DNA of 64,000 nucleotides. Origin: Sporopachydermia quercuum. Lineage: Eukaryota. The stretch spans positions 186,001 through 250,000 of the forward strand of contig BCGN01000002.1 in the NCBI GenBank assembly GCA_001599295.1, written 5' to 3'. The translations under genes and the position numbers were made by a program. Positions 53,294 to 64,000 of this stretch are shown here, one piece after another. The notes under the pieces were generated by a model, which was not told the DNA's origin, ran no database searches, and saw only the letters and a list, made by a program, of their open reading frames with translations. Numbering within the stretch: the stretch's first letter is position 1; each line of letters begins with the position of its first letter.

Positions 53294-56272
53294 CTACAGT
53301 ACACTTTTAGTAGGTAGTGGTTTGGCGGTTAGATTATTAAGAAATTCAATCAAGTCATTATAAAACGGTGTTCGGTATTCGGGAATTTCAAGCCACACTA
53401 AAAAGTGAAGTGAGTTAGCATTGGGGATGTTAATAGGAAGCTTCGGTGAGGATCGGACTAGATGTTGCCGAAGCGGAAGAGATACCGGAGAGAGGAATTC
53501 CCGAAAAATTAATTTACTAAAGTTCGGGAAGATTCAATCGGTTTTCTTCTGATTTGGAATCTTGAATCACGTGTTATTTCTTCAGCACAAATTTACTAAG
53601 TCAAAATATTCCGCACCATTCGGAAGATTCTTCAAGCTCAATTCTGCATTGTTCAGAAGTAATTCATGTAGGTAGTATAACTCCCAATTGATGTAATTAA
53701 TGTTGAATGATTAGCACTCAACCCACTAACAGTCACAAACAATTATCAAACCACCGTCAAATAATGTTTCAAATTTCCAATCCTTTTATCCATCAATTAG
53801 CAAAGTAAAAAAAAAGGACTTACGAGAATGATAAGCGCCATGATATGTTTTCAGTTGTTTATTTTTGATAGGCGCAAGTTCGATAAACTGTTTTGACGCC
53901 GGATATGAGTTGACCTGTTGATGTTTTGATTTGTTAGTAATTTTCTTGTTAGTTAGTTTATTAAATGGTGCCAATAGGATAATAAGTAATAAAACATCGA
54001 ACAAAAACAGGGATAGAGCTAAAACGAAGGTACTAATGCAATTATTGTTAGTTGATGGGATTATTGTAACAAAATCACAATACAGTTGCTGTTAAAATCA
54101 ACAGCGTGTATAAAAACTAATAACAACGTTACCAATATTAATGATATATTAATACTGGTTATTGTTAGTCAAGCTTATAAAAATGTTCTATTCCGATGGT
54201 CCTATTGTTAATTTTATAATTGTTGTTACTGTCATAAATCATCACTTCCTGCGATAAACCATCAACAGTTCTTATCGTTGACAGTTTCGTAATTTGTTCT
54301 TCTTAGTCAAAAAAAAAAATCAAACTGAGGTAGAGAAATCACATGTTGATTGATTGATTGATTGATACAACTAAATAACATATTAAAAGGAATTTAATAT
54401 ATTAAAAGCAGATCTCCATGATTAACAATAATCAAGTCAATTCAACTCAAATTATAGCAATCTTATAGTGCCAGCTGGATAGATTATCTCATGCTCTAGA
54501 TGGTTTATTGACTTATTGTTCGACGTTTTACTAAATGATACCAAGATTTTCATCGTCCCTTTCTATTGCTTTCACTGACATTATTACTTTTCCTTCCTTT
54601 ATTATCCACATTTCAAATACATGCCTTATCAGCATCACCATGCTGTATTAATAATGAAACATCTTCAACTTCTCTCATTGATTCAACATAATCCTTATTT
54701 AACAAAGCCTCACCCCTTCTGAACATATCATTCATTTGCCTAATGGTACATATTAATGTATTGATCTCATCAGTCTTAACTTTTTCAAGTAAGGCTTTGT
54801 TATGCGATACATGGTCAAGTGAGAGATTGGTGTGGATTTGCTTATTAGGGAAGAGTTTTGCAACCAAAGGAATTAGATTATATAAGATGAAGTTTGGTTT
54901 AGTAGCTGGCTAGAAATGGTTTAATGTTAGTAGTTGGATGAAAGAATAAGGGTAAAGGATGAAGGATGAAAGACAAAGGGTATAAGATGAACAATTAGTT
55001 GATCAATGTGAGTAAAAAGAATATTCGTATCAAATGATCCTGAGCAAACATTGGAAATACAGAACTTGGTAGCAAAAGATTTGAAAAACTAGTAAGTAAA
55101 TAGCAAGCAAATAACAAAAAAAGAACATCGATTAGTCAAACAATCAACAAACAGAAGAACAAAATTTGCATTCAATCAATTCAAATAGAATTAATAGACT
55201 TTTTCAATAGATATTCCCATAACATGTGTGTCATCATTACTCCGTTTGCTGTAATGAATCAACATTTATATGCTTCTGATTGTTGCTGGTTATCAATTTC
55301 TTGCGAACGTCCTTCGCTAGAACAATAATTGTTACTATTGTACTAGTGGTGGCAAAAGTAATTGAAAAATATTTGTTCATAAATACAATTTGATTGGTTG
55401 AATTTCCAGTCATTTTATACATTAAACTGTTGTTCTGAGAGTTCAACTTATGGTATCTTTCATAAACCAATAAACTGCTGCAACTATTAAATGGCACAGT
55501 TATTGCATAAATTATCATAACATGAGGTATTAATTTAGTAATGTTGACAATCACTTTTTTAAAAATCAAGAGTATAAAGATTAAACGAGTCATTGTTGAT
55601 GGCTATTGATATCCTAGTAAAAGCTTATGCTGCTGTATATCATGCAACTAACAAAATATATCATCCCGAATCATTGAAAACAAGAAATAGGCTCATTTCA
55701 ATAAGAGCAAGACACTCGAAACCTCTTACCCTTTAAATCAAACAACAAAACTAATTTTCATGCCAGGCCTTTTTTATCCTATCATACCCTTTCATATGCT
55801 ACTATATCCATCCACATCTCATAATGTATCATATACTTACACTATTAACAATCATTGGTGCAGACGTAGCAACAGCATTAAGTCTATGCTTATATTTTCC
55901 TTTGACTAAATAATTCAATACGATCCCACCTCCCATTGAATGCCCTGCTAGAATAATATATCCACTATAATTCTCAACATCGTCAGCGATCAATCTATCA
56001 ATATCACTATAGACAAACTCCTCACTTGTACGTCCAACATATTCTCCAGTAGAAGTTCTACCAGCCCCACGCTGATCAAACGTAAACACTTCATATCCAT
56101 CATTTGCTAATTGAGTAAATGACTCTCTATAGCCATAATAATCAATATGTTCAGAGAAACCGTGAATAAAGATGTATTTACCTTTCACAGGTGTAGAACT
56201 TGGAGGAAGATACCTTCTGGTATAGAATGTTATGCCATCGAGAACGACTTGTTTATCAACAACGGAGGCCAT
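53294..56272 (-). CDS. YJU3: Monoglyceride lipase (alpha/beta hydrolase), 303 aa; exons 56272..55841, 54909..54625, 53914..53824, 53397..53294
   Basis: Spliced product has FIHGFSEH, FDQRGAGRT, GHSMGGG (Ser), HGDADK|VNS (Asp) and GAYHS|LWLE (His). Exons total 912 nt, open frame to TAG. Confidence 0.9.
53398..53823 (-). other. YJU3 intron 3 (426 nt)
   Basis: GTAAGT donor, TGCTAAC branch, pyrimidine run then TAG; phase 1, restores YHSLWLE. Confidence 0.85.
53915..54624 (-). other. YJU3 intron 2 (710 nt), GC-AG type
   Basis: AAG|GCATGT donor, TACTAAC at ~53939-53933, CAG acceptor; required to join HGDADK to VNSYPASK. Confidence 0.82.
54346..54366. repeat. (GATT)n microsatellite in YJU3 intron 2
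   Basis: About 5 tandem units visible. Confidence 0.75.
54910..55840 (-). other. YJU3 intron 1 (931 nt)
   Basis: GTAAGT donor, TACTAAC at ~54932-54926, TAG acceptor; phase 0. Confidence 0.88.
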
Positions 56273-57457
56273 TTTGGTATTGTATGATTTATGATCGTCT
56301 TGGTGGTAAAAAGGCTGATAAACGAATTGTAGAGTAGTATCTACCGCGAATAATAAAGAAAGTGAAAAATAAATGATATAAATAATGATGATGAAAAAGA
56401 ATGGAGTTAACTTTTTAGCAGGAGCAAGGTTTACCTTGTTTTTGTCTTGTGAGATGCAGAAACCTCATGTATATACTGCTTGGAACCTACGAATAAATCT
56501 TGAAATTGTATAACGAAGATAGATTAAAGTTCAAAATGAAGTTATTAATATGTTATCTCATATAATTTGTCGCTGAATGTGGTTTGATCAGATTTTGGCT
56601 TCAAACTGAACGGTTGAAATGAGTATGCAAGTTGCAGTATAATGCAAGAGTTTATTACATTGGATGATGACAGTGGAATCTAAAGCCAAGAGTCCTAGAG
56701 TTGAAAAAACTAAGTCAATTATGCAGGGATAATAGTCATTTTATGAAACTTATCTCCCATAAAGCGAGAACTTCCTTCTAGACTTCTAGTAGCTAGAGCA
56801 AAGCAATAGCATGATGTTCGAGACAGACATTTTAACTATTATACGGAAGTTTAAGTTCACCTATTCCTCTATTATGAAAGTTCTTTCGATTATCAACTCA
56901 CTCACGTATGCTCTTCAAGAAACAAATAATCCTTTGACTATTTTTTTTGTCATGATAATTCACTTGCTCATAGTCATGTCCCCTCCAAACTTCTTAATAT
57001 GCAATAACAAAATACTCATCGAAATCTACGTTAATTGTAGCCCTTGTATTACTTGCATTGGTGGAAGCAGGGTCTTACAACTCCTCTCGTTTCGACGCCT
57101 AGATATTTTTTTGAGAAAGCTGATCTTTGTTAATCCTTCTAAACAGTAAGCAGTAAACAATCCGATAGCTCCCAGTTCGTAATATCAATAGTTTGATTTT
57201 ATGATATTCTTCAAATAAGTCCTATCGCAGTCATTCAGTTAGAATATCAATCAAACACACTGCCTTTAGTAATTTTTATAGCTTTCCTAGCTCTATGTGC
57301 CTCCAAAATAATAAATGCGTAGCACCATTAGCACCATTATGCTGTTGATTTCAATGGCTAAGAGTTCTGCGCACATTAGATTATCGTTCTGTGCCAGTAG
57401 TTCAAGCTAGAGTAAGTAATAATAATAGCGCAAAAGATATCAAACAACACAAATGCT

Positions 57458-60400
57458 ATGAAAGCGCCACAAACAACTACAAATACCAACAGCAACGTCA
57501 AAATCCCTGCTATGGACAATAGTCCTCCCTTTTCTTCTTTTCCTCTTTCTGCTGATATTTCATCAGGTATTGACCAAGAAGGTGCCCCAGAAATTATCCC
57601 AGAAATTGTTCCCAATATCATTGGCCTACCGCAGGACGAACAGGTCGGAATTGAGGTCCGAAACTTGACTATAAAAGTCAATGTGCAATCCAGTATTTCT
57701 CGTCTAATTCCCCACCGCGGAAAAGAAAAGCAGAAAATACGGCAGAATGAGCTTGTAGATGTGGAAAATGAGGCAGCAAACGTTAATTTTTCCAACTTGC
57801 CTTCCAACATTTTTCACAGTCGGAGTGAGAGCTCGGGAGACTTGGGTGGTCTTGGTAATTTCGATACTAAAACCATTCTTCATGACATGTCTTTTGATGT
57901 GCCACCGGGATCGATTATGGCAATAATTGGGGGTTCTGGTTCGGGTAAGACTACACTGCTTAACTATATAGCAGGTAAAACTGGTTCTGGGTCATCTACT
58001 AGCTTGAAGGCTTCTGGTTCTGTAAGAATCAACGGGACGGATCATGAGTCGGCTCTGAAACAAATCCGACATGCCTATGTGATTCAACAAGATATTCTAT
58101 TATCCACATTGACATTACGGGAAAGTCTATGGTTTGCTGCCAATCTTCGACTCAATGAAAAACAACACTCCAGAAAGAGCAAACTAGCCATTGTTAACTC
58201 TATTATTCTGGAACTGGGTTTGAAAGATTGTGCCGATACTCTTGTTGGAGACACGGCACATAAGGGTCTTTCGGGTGGAGAAAAGCGAAGGTTAAGTATA
58301 GGAATCCAGCTAATTTCAAACCCATCATTATTATTTCTAGACGAACCTACGACAGGATTAGATGCCTACTCGGCATTTCAACTAGTGCAGACATTGAAAA
58401 AGCTATGTAAACAAGGCCGAACGTTTGTGTTAAGTATTCATCAGCCAAGGTCAGATATATTCAACTTGTTTGACTCTGTTTGTATATTAACACACGGATA
58501 CTCTGTTTATGCTGGACCTACACAAGATTGTCTTGGCTACTTTTCCTCTTTAGGTTTTAATGTTCCAAAGCTATTTAATCCTGCAGATTACTTGATTGAT
58601 ATCTCCTCAATTGATGCGCGTAATCCAGTAAAAGAGCTTGAAACTGGAGAGCGAGTAACTGAGCTCATCAGAAGTTGGGCAAGCTATTCGGAAGAAGCAT
58701 TCCGCTCTTCCAATAGCGAGGATCCAACGCCAGATTTATCTTCTGACTTGTCTGATTCTCTCCGGGTTCCTAAAGAAAATTCAACTATCTCAGTTTCATT
58801 CCTTACAGAATATTGGACTTTATGCAAGCGAACTTATCTGGTTTCTCTCCGAGATCCTCTCGGTGTTATTGGGGTTATTCTACAGGCTCTCTTTCTGGGA
58901 ATTGCTGCTGGTTGGGTGTTTTACAAACCAGGAAGTTCTTTAGCTGGAATCCGAACTACGGTGGGGTCACTTTATATTGCTAACACTCTTTTTCCTTACC
59001 TCATACTGCTATTAGAAATCTATAGACTTACAGTGAATGATATCAAGGTTTTTGATAGAGAATTCAATGAAGGGCACGTTTCAATCTTTGGTTTCATTCT
59101 ATCTCATCGAACAACCAAATTGTTAACTGAAGACTTCGTTATAAGCGCTATTTTCTCGCTGATAACTTACTTTATGTATGGCTTAAGGACAGACTCGGCA
59201 AAATACTTCTTCATCTATTGGTTGGCACAATTTCTTGCTTTGGAATGTTCATTGGCGCTTTCTATGTTGTGCGTTTCCGTCTCCCGGGAATTTTCCGTTG
59301 CTGTTTTAGTAGGTAATTTATATTCAACAGTGCTGACTATGTCGTCAGGGTTTTTTATCCTTCCTTCTAGTATACCAGTATACGTACGTTGGTGTCGATG
59401 GATATGCTATTCGTATTATGGATTAGGAATACTTCTTGCAAATCAGTTTGGAGATGGATGGCAAGGAGATTGTTCTGTAGCAGATAGTGAAAGTGGGAAC
59501 TGTGATGAATACAGCGGAGCCTTCATTATTCACAGTCTGGATGCAAGAGAAGGTTGGATTGGTGTTCCAATTGCAGCGTTAATAGGTATGATAATTGTGT
59601 TTTACCTTCTAGCAAGTCTGATGTTGTATTTAAAGAGACATCACATTTCAGTATCTCGTCAGTATAAAAGCGGACCAAAGGCTACAGCAACTTTATCACA
59701 AGAAGTACCACAAACGGAAGAAGATATAATAGTTTTATCCACACTGGAATCAGAACCAATTGGTGTTAATATTGAAGTTAGACACCTTTCATTGACAGTA
59801 ACTAAGGTATCCCCTCATTTTCAATCAGTGAAAATGANGTCATCAAAGCCTATTTTGAACGATATCAATGGAGTATTCAAAGCGGGGCAAATAAATGCTA
59901 TTATGGGACCATCTGGTAGTGGCAAAACAACTTTGATGAACTTTATAGCCGGCAGAATTAAGTCAAGCTTAACTACAAAATATCATGCAGGAAGTAATTC
60001 TGAGATAATGTTCAACAGTTTTTCGGTTACTCCGCAATTATGCTGCTCGGTTTGTTCATATGTGAGCCAGGATGATGATTCATTAAACCCATTTTTGACT
60101 GTTAAGGAACTCTTGAATTATGCAGCAGACCTAAGGTTATCAGGATACAAGACAATAAGTTTTCAACAAAGAAGAAAAAGGGTCGATGAGATTATATTGA
60201 AAATGGGCCTGAAAAACTGTCAAGATGTCTTAATCGGCAGTGAGTTTGTTAAAGGAATCTCTGGAGGTGAGAAAAGGCGAGTCTCTATTGCAGTACAACT
60301 ATTAAATGATCCAAAGATCCTTCTTCTAGACGAACCAACCAGTGGATTGGACGCATTCACTGCAGCTTCTATCTTGCAAGTGCTACAGGAGCTCTCAAGT

Positions 60401-61711
60401 GAAGGACACACTGTGATATTCACCATCCATCAACCCCGATCGGATTTGTTCAAAATGTTCGGGAATATACTGTTGTTGGCACCTGGAGGGCATACCGCTT
60501 TCAATGGAGCTGCAAGTTCAATGCTCGATTATTTCGCAAAGTTGGGATTCAATTGTCCTGCTCTAACTAATCCTGCTGATTACTTCCTTGATTTGGTGTC
60601 ATTTAATTTGCAATCTGCTGAAAAAGAGAAAAGTAGTAAAGCAAGAGTAGCATGGATTCTGGATAACTGGGAAAAACAAATGAGGCAGAATTCAGAACAA
60701 AACCCGAAAGAAAACTTTCGAGCTGGAGCAATACTAACAGAATTACATCCCAATTTTCGTTTCCTTACTAAAAAGCCTGCCCCATTCTACCTTGCTTATT
60801 CCACGCTTATTAAACGGCAAACGAAAACGTTTCTTCGGTCGCCAGGCATCATTTTGGCTCGTATCATGCAGATCATTGGCATGGGTATTGTTTTAGCATT
60901 GTTTTTTGCTCCTCTTCGTTACAATCAAAGCGGAGTGCCCAATACAATCGGTTTAGTACAGCAAATCACATCGTTATACTTCTGCGGGATGCTCAATAAC
61001 TTTGCTGTTTATCCAACTGAACGAAACAATTTCTATCAAGAATATAAAGATGGCAGTTATACAGTACTACCATTTTTTCTTGCTTATTCCACATTAGAAA
61101 TTCCTGTTGAGATAATCTCATCACTCGTGTTTAGTATTTTTTTAACTTACGTTGTGGGGTTAAGGCGACAGGTAGACATTTATTTCTTAGTGTTTTATGC
61201 AGCATTTGTTATTGTAAATTGCGGAGAATCTCTGGGAATAATGTTCAACACTATTTTCGAACATACCGGTTTTGCTGTCAATGTTATTTCGGTGTGCCTG
61301 TCGATTGGAACTTTTATGGGAGGCTTATTGTCATTGAGAATGGATGCATTTTTACGTGCAGTCAATTGGATTTCTCCTATCTCGTATGCCATTATGCCTT
61401 TGTTCAATGTGGTTATGGATGGACTTGTATTCACATGTAGTCCAGAGCAGAAGATTGGAGAAGTCTGTCCAATCTCTACTGGTGAAGAAGTGTTGGAAAT
61501 GTATGGCTTAAAAGTAAAAATAAGTAGTATGCTAGGTGGGTTGATTGGAATTGGAGTTGCATATAGATTGTTAGCGTATTTGATCTTGAAATTGAGCTTG
61601 ACGGAGGTTTCTATTATGTGGAAGAAAGGTCCACAAGGACCTCTGAAGGATGAAAATGAACGCGAAAGCGAAAGGCGAAAGAATAAAAGCAATGAAGTTC
61701 AAGTGTTATAA
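57458..61711 (+). CDS. Full-size ABCG transporter (NBD-TMD)2, YOL075C-like
   Basis: Two Walker A motifs (GGSGSGKTT, GPSGSGKTT), two signatures (LSGGEKRR, ISGGEKRR), two DEPT Walker B motifs, IHQPRSD, and two TM domains. Confidence 0.92.
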   Translation: MKAPQTTTNTNSNVKIPAMDNSPPFSSFPLSADISSGIDQEGAPEIIPEIVPNIIGLPQDEQVGIEVRNLTIKVNVQSSISRLIPHRGKEKQKIRQNELVDVENEAANVNFSNLPSNIFHSRSESSGDLGGLGNFDTKTILHDMSFDVPPGSIMAIIGGSGSGKTTLLNYIAGKTGSGSSTSLKASGSVRINGTDHESALKQIRHAYVIQQDILLSTLTLRESLWFAANLRLNEKQHSRKSKLAIVNSIILELGLKDCADTLVGDTAHKGLSGGEKRRLSIGIQLISNPSLLFLDEPTTGLDAYSAFQLVQTLKKLCKQGRTFVLSIHQPRSDIFNLFDSVCILTHGYSVYAGPTQDCLGYFSSLGFNVPKLFNPADYLIDISSIDARNPVKELETGERVTELIRSWASYSEEAFRSSNSEDPTPDLSSDLSDSLRVPKENSTISVSFLTEYWTLCKRTYLVSLRDPLGVIGVILQALFLGIAAGWVFYKPGSSLAGIRTTVGSLYIANTLFPYLILLLEIYRLTVNDIKVFDREFNEGHVSIFGFILSHRTTKLLTEDFVISAIFSLITYFMYGLRTDSAKYFFIYWLAQFLALECSLALSMLCVSVSREFSVAVLVGNLYSTVLTMSSGFFILPSSIPVYVRWCRWICYSYYGLGILLANQFGDGWQGDCSVADSESGNCDEYSGAFIIHSLDAREGWIGVPIAALIGMIIVFYLLASLMLYLKRHHISVSRQYKSGPKATATLSQEVPQTEEDIIVLSTLESEPIGVNIEVRHLSLTVTKVSPHFQSVKMXSSKPILNDINGVFKAGQINAIMGPSGSGKTTLMNFIAGRIKSSLTTKYHAGSNSEIMFNSFSVTPQLCCSVCSYVSQDDDSLNPFLTVKELLNYAADLRLSGYKTISFQQRRKRVDEIILKMGLKNCQDVLIGSEFVKGISGGEKRRVSIAVQLLNDPKILLLDEPTSGLDAFTAASILQVLQELSSEGHTVIFTIHQPRSDLFKMFGNILLLAPGGHTAFNGAASSMLDYFAKLGFNCPALTNPADYFLDLVSFNLQSAEKEKSSKARVAWILDNWEKQMRQNSEQNPKENFRAGAILTELHPNFRFLTKKPAPFYLAYSTLIKRQTKTFLRSPGIILARIMQIIGMGIVLALFFAPLRYNQSGVPNTIGLVQQITSLYFCGMLNNFAVYPTERNNFYQEYKDGSYTVLPFFLAYSTLEIPVEIISSLVFSIFLTYVVGLRRQVDIYFLVFYAAFVIVNCGESLGIMFNTIFEHTGFAVNVISVCLSIGTFMGGLLSLRMDAFLRAVNWISPISYAIMPLFNVVMDGLVFTCSPEQKIGEVCPISTGEEVLEMYGLKVKISSMLGGLIGIGVAYRLLAYLILKLSLTEVSIMWKKGPQGPLKDENERESERRKNKSNEVQVL

Positions 61712-64000
61712 AGTGCTACTGATTTAGCTTCTAGAGATAGAAGACCGAGAAACTAGTAGTTATATGCAATGAATGAGTGTTTGGTTACTATAGAAGAGAC
61801 TGGACTTTGTTTTAGATAGAGTTACTGCTCATGATAGATTATTTTTGAACTAGATATAATATTGAGAATTCAGAGATTTGTTTCACAATGTAAGAGTAGT
61901 AAAGTTACAACTGACACAATTTTAGAAACTTCTTAGGAATGGAAAATCTGTTGTGAGTTATTGCATGGAGGTTATATGGACGTCTGGGTTGTTAGATGTA
62001 AATCACAGGATAATGAAAAACATTGCGAAACTCAATGGAAATGAATATTTTTCGATGTCAATCAGAGTTTCTATATATTTTTTAAGATAGATTCATTCAT
62101 GTTTTTACTCATCTAATTGTATATTCTGTATTTGTATCAAGGCGTTAAATGGTTTCGCTGATTTGCTGTTGTGATCATGATAATGATTAAACTCCTAAAA
62201 GTTGGCTGTCACAATTCAAAGACAATATGAAAATCAAGAGAAATTATTGAGCAAATCAACAGTTATCATCAATAATTGTTCAAATTATTGGCTGAATTCC
62301 CAGTAAGAAAGTAAGTGAGAATTTACTTCCTTGCTGGGATTTCTATTGCAAGAGATATTTAAGCAAATAGTATAATACTATCTATTTACGCAATGTTGAT
62401 ACTTTACCGTCTGTTGTGTTCCTATACATTTGGTAAATATATATATTTTTATTAGAGCTTAACAATCGGATAACAAGTAATCTATCTTAACAGTTCAATA
62501 AAATCGGTGATATTAGCCAAATTCTCATAACTTGGCAGTAGAAATAAATATCTTTTTCTCTGATAATGATCATTCAGAACAATTTTACATTATAACATTA
62601 TCACTTATGATGTTTGAAACAGTATTTTCATATGAAATAACGATAAGTTGAATATCAATAACACGGGAGTATAAACATCAAGTCCTCTAGAGCAGCCAAC
62701 ACTAGTTGACTATCTAACTAAAAATAACTTCCCGTTTGATCCGAGAAAAAGAAAATAATATTGCATTTAATCCATGGTATTTCTATAATTTCTAAGGCGG
62801 TCTATATACATCCCTAACTGAAAGTTGCAATTAATAATACTAGCCAAACCCTCATGAACGGCAATTGACCGATTCTGTCAAGAAGAAACTCCACTCTGAA
62901 ATGTGACGTACCTTGCAACATCCGACAATGAAAAAAACGTGGTGAAGTATCCAGTGTAAATAATGCNTACTGTAACGAACACGATACAGAACAGAGGATG
63001 ACCAATGGAAACATGACTATTGGGATGGTTTGATAGAATGAGAATACAAATGCCAGTAAAATAGTGAAGAGAAAAGTTTAAATATCCTTGAAGTCCTATA
63101 ATAAAGTTTAAATTCCCCACATTTTGCTATTAAGCTCAAGATTTAAGTAATTAAAGTTCCTAATTTAAACTATAGACTTCGCCAGACAACTGTTCTGTTA
63201 GTGGAAATGAATGATAGACTACAACCTCTCATTCAACCAAACTTAAGATATATTAATTGATTGCTCTTAGTTTTTAGAGCTAAATAAAGATTGTCTATTG
63301 TTCTCCAAATATCAAATGCCTTATTTCCTTGGATCACTTTGTACCATCCCACATATCTTGCCTTTCTGGCCAACCCTAGATCTACTACCCCAGAGTTCAA
63401 AAATTAACTTTAACCTAAGATCTCAACCCAACTGCCATTTTTGGTCATTTCAAATATATGAAGTGGTATTCGATGATTTGACACCAGTGGCTTAATTGCA
63501 ATTCTTCGATGCCATTCTCAATATCCGTGACATTATTCATATAATTTGACTAAATCATATAGTTTTCATTCATTAAATCCTCAAACGCACCTATTATACC
63601 CAAATTTTCATACACAATATCCATCTCATTGCCAAATCATAAAGAAAACGTAATCGAATCAGACTCCAATAGCCCAATCTGGTTATTCTGTATCTCATCG
63701 GAAGCTTGCATCTTCAATCTTATCTTATCTCTTGAAACACATCTCCAACTCATTTTTAATTATCCGTACCTATTTGGCAGATATCCGATGAACAGAAGTA
63801 ATTTTCTTCCCAGTTTCCATGTTTCTAATCATCTTCATTCGCATCTATTATCATCATTCTATGCTTTTATGGTTTATGTCATATAAACCATAAAAGTATA
63901 TTCTGTTCTAACTATCATTATTCATTTACAGGTACGGTACAAATTTTTATCATTTAATCTAATCTTGGACTGAAAAGCGGAGAAAACCAAACGCAAAATG

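Noticed and set aside
53294..53305. Peroxisomal PTS1 at the lipase C-terminus (SVL)
   Set aside because: Lacks the basic residue at -2; a weak match only.
58201..58230. Alternative CUG decoding (Ser or Ala)
   Set aside because: CTG sits at conserved Leu positions (ABCG IILELGLKDC and MGLKNC, chitinase MLSIGGW, lipase YHSL), consistent with the standard code.
1392..62968. Scattered single N bases
   Set aside because: They do not break reading frames; most likely ambiguous or heterozygous base calls, not biology of the locus.
61712..64000. Short ORFs or an LTR/transposon remnant after the ABCG gene
   Set aside because: No protein motifs, terminal repeats or target-site duplications visible.

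Overview
Eukaryotic, budding-yeast-type (Saccharomycotina) genomic DNA with about 20 protein-coding genes, long AT-rich intergenic regions and scattered single N bases. Gene order: GH18 chitinase (partial), YJR142W-like Nudix, RDS3-SYT1-LEC1(YPR097W)-SLX9, CCP1, a Zn2Cys6 transcription factor, DRE2, NOB1-SGT1-ASE1, a Whi5/Nrm1-family repressor, PHO84, an uncharacterised BC-box/LRR-like protein, ALO1-AIM33/PGA3-UFO1, a four-exon YJU3-like lipase and a full-size ABCG transporter. I reconstructed six well-supported spliceosomal introns by hand (136-931 nt, one with a GC donor) plus a probable seventh at the 5' end of SGT1. CTG falls at conserved Leu positions, so the standard code applies. The most striking unexplained feature is a mosaic of multi-kb domains strongly enriched in CCG/CGG (mostly TCCG/CGGA) across exons, introns and intergenic DNA, with hints of ~10-bp spacing, alternating with CCG-poor domains. 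I could not support any tRNA, rRNA, CRISPR or transposon. Gene identities come from recognised motifs and recalled synteny, not from database searches.
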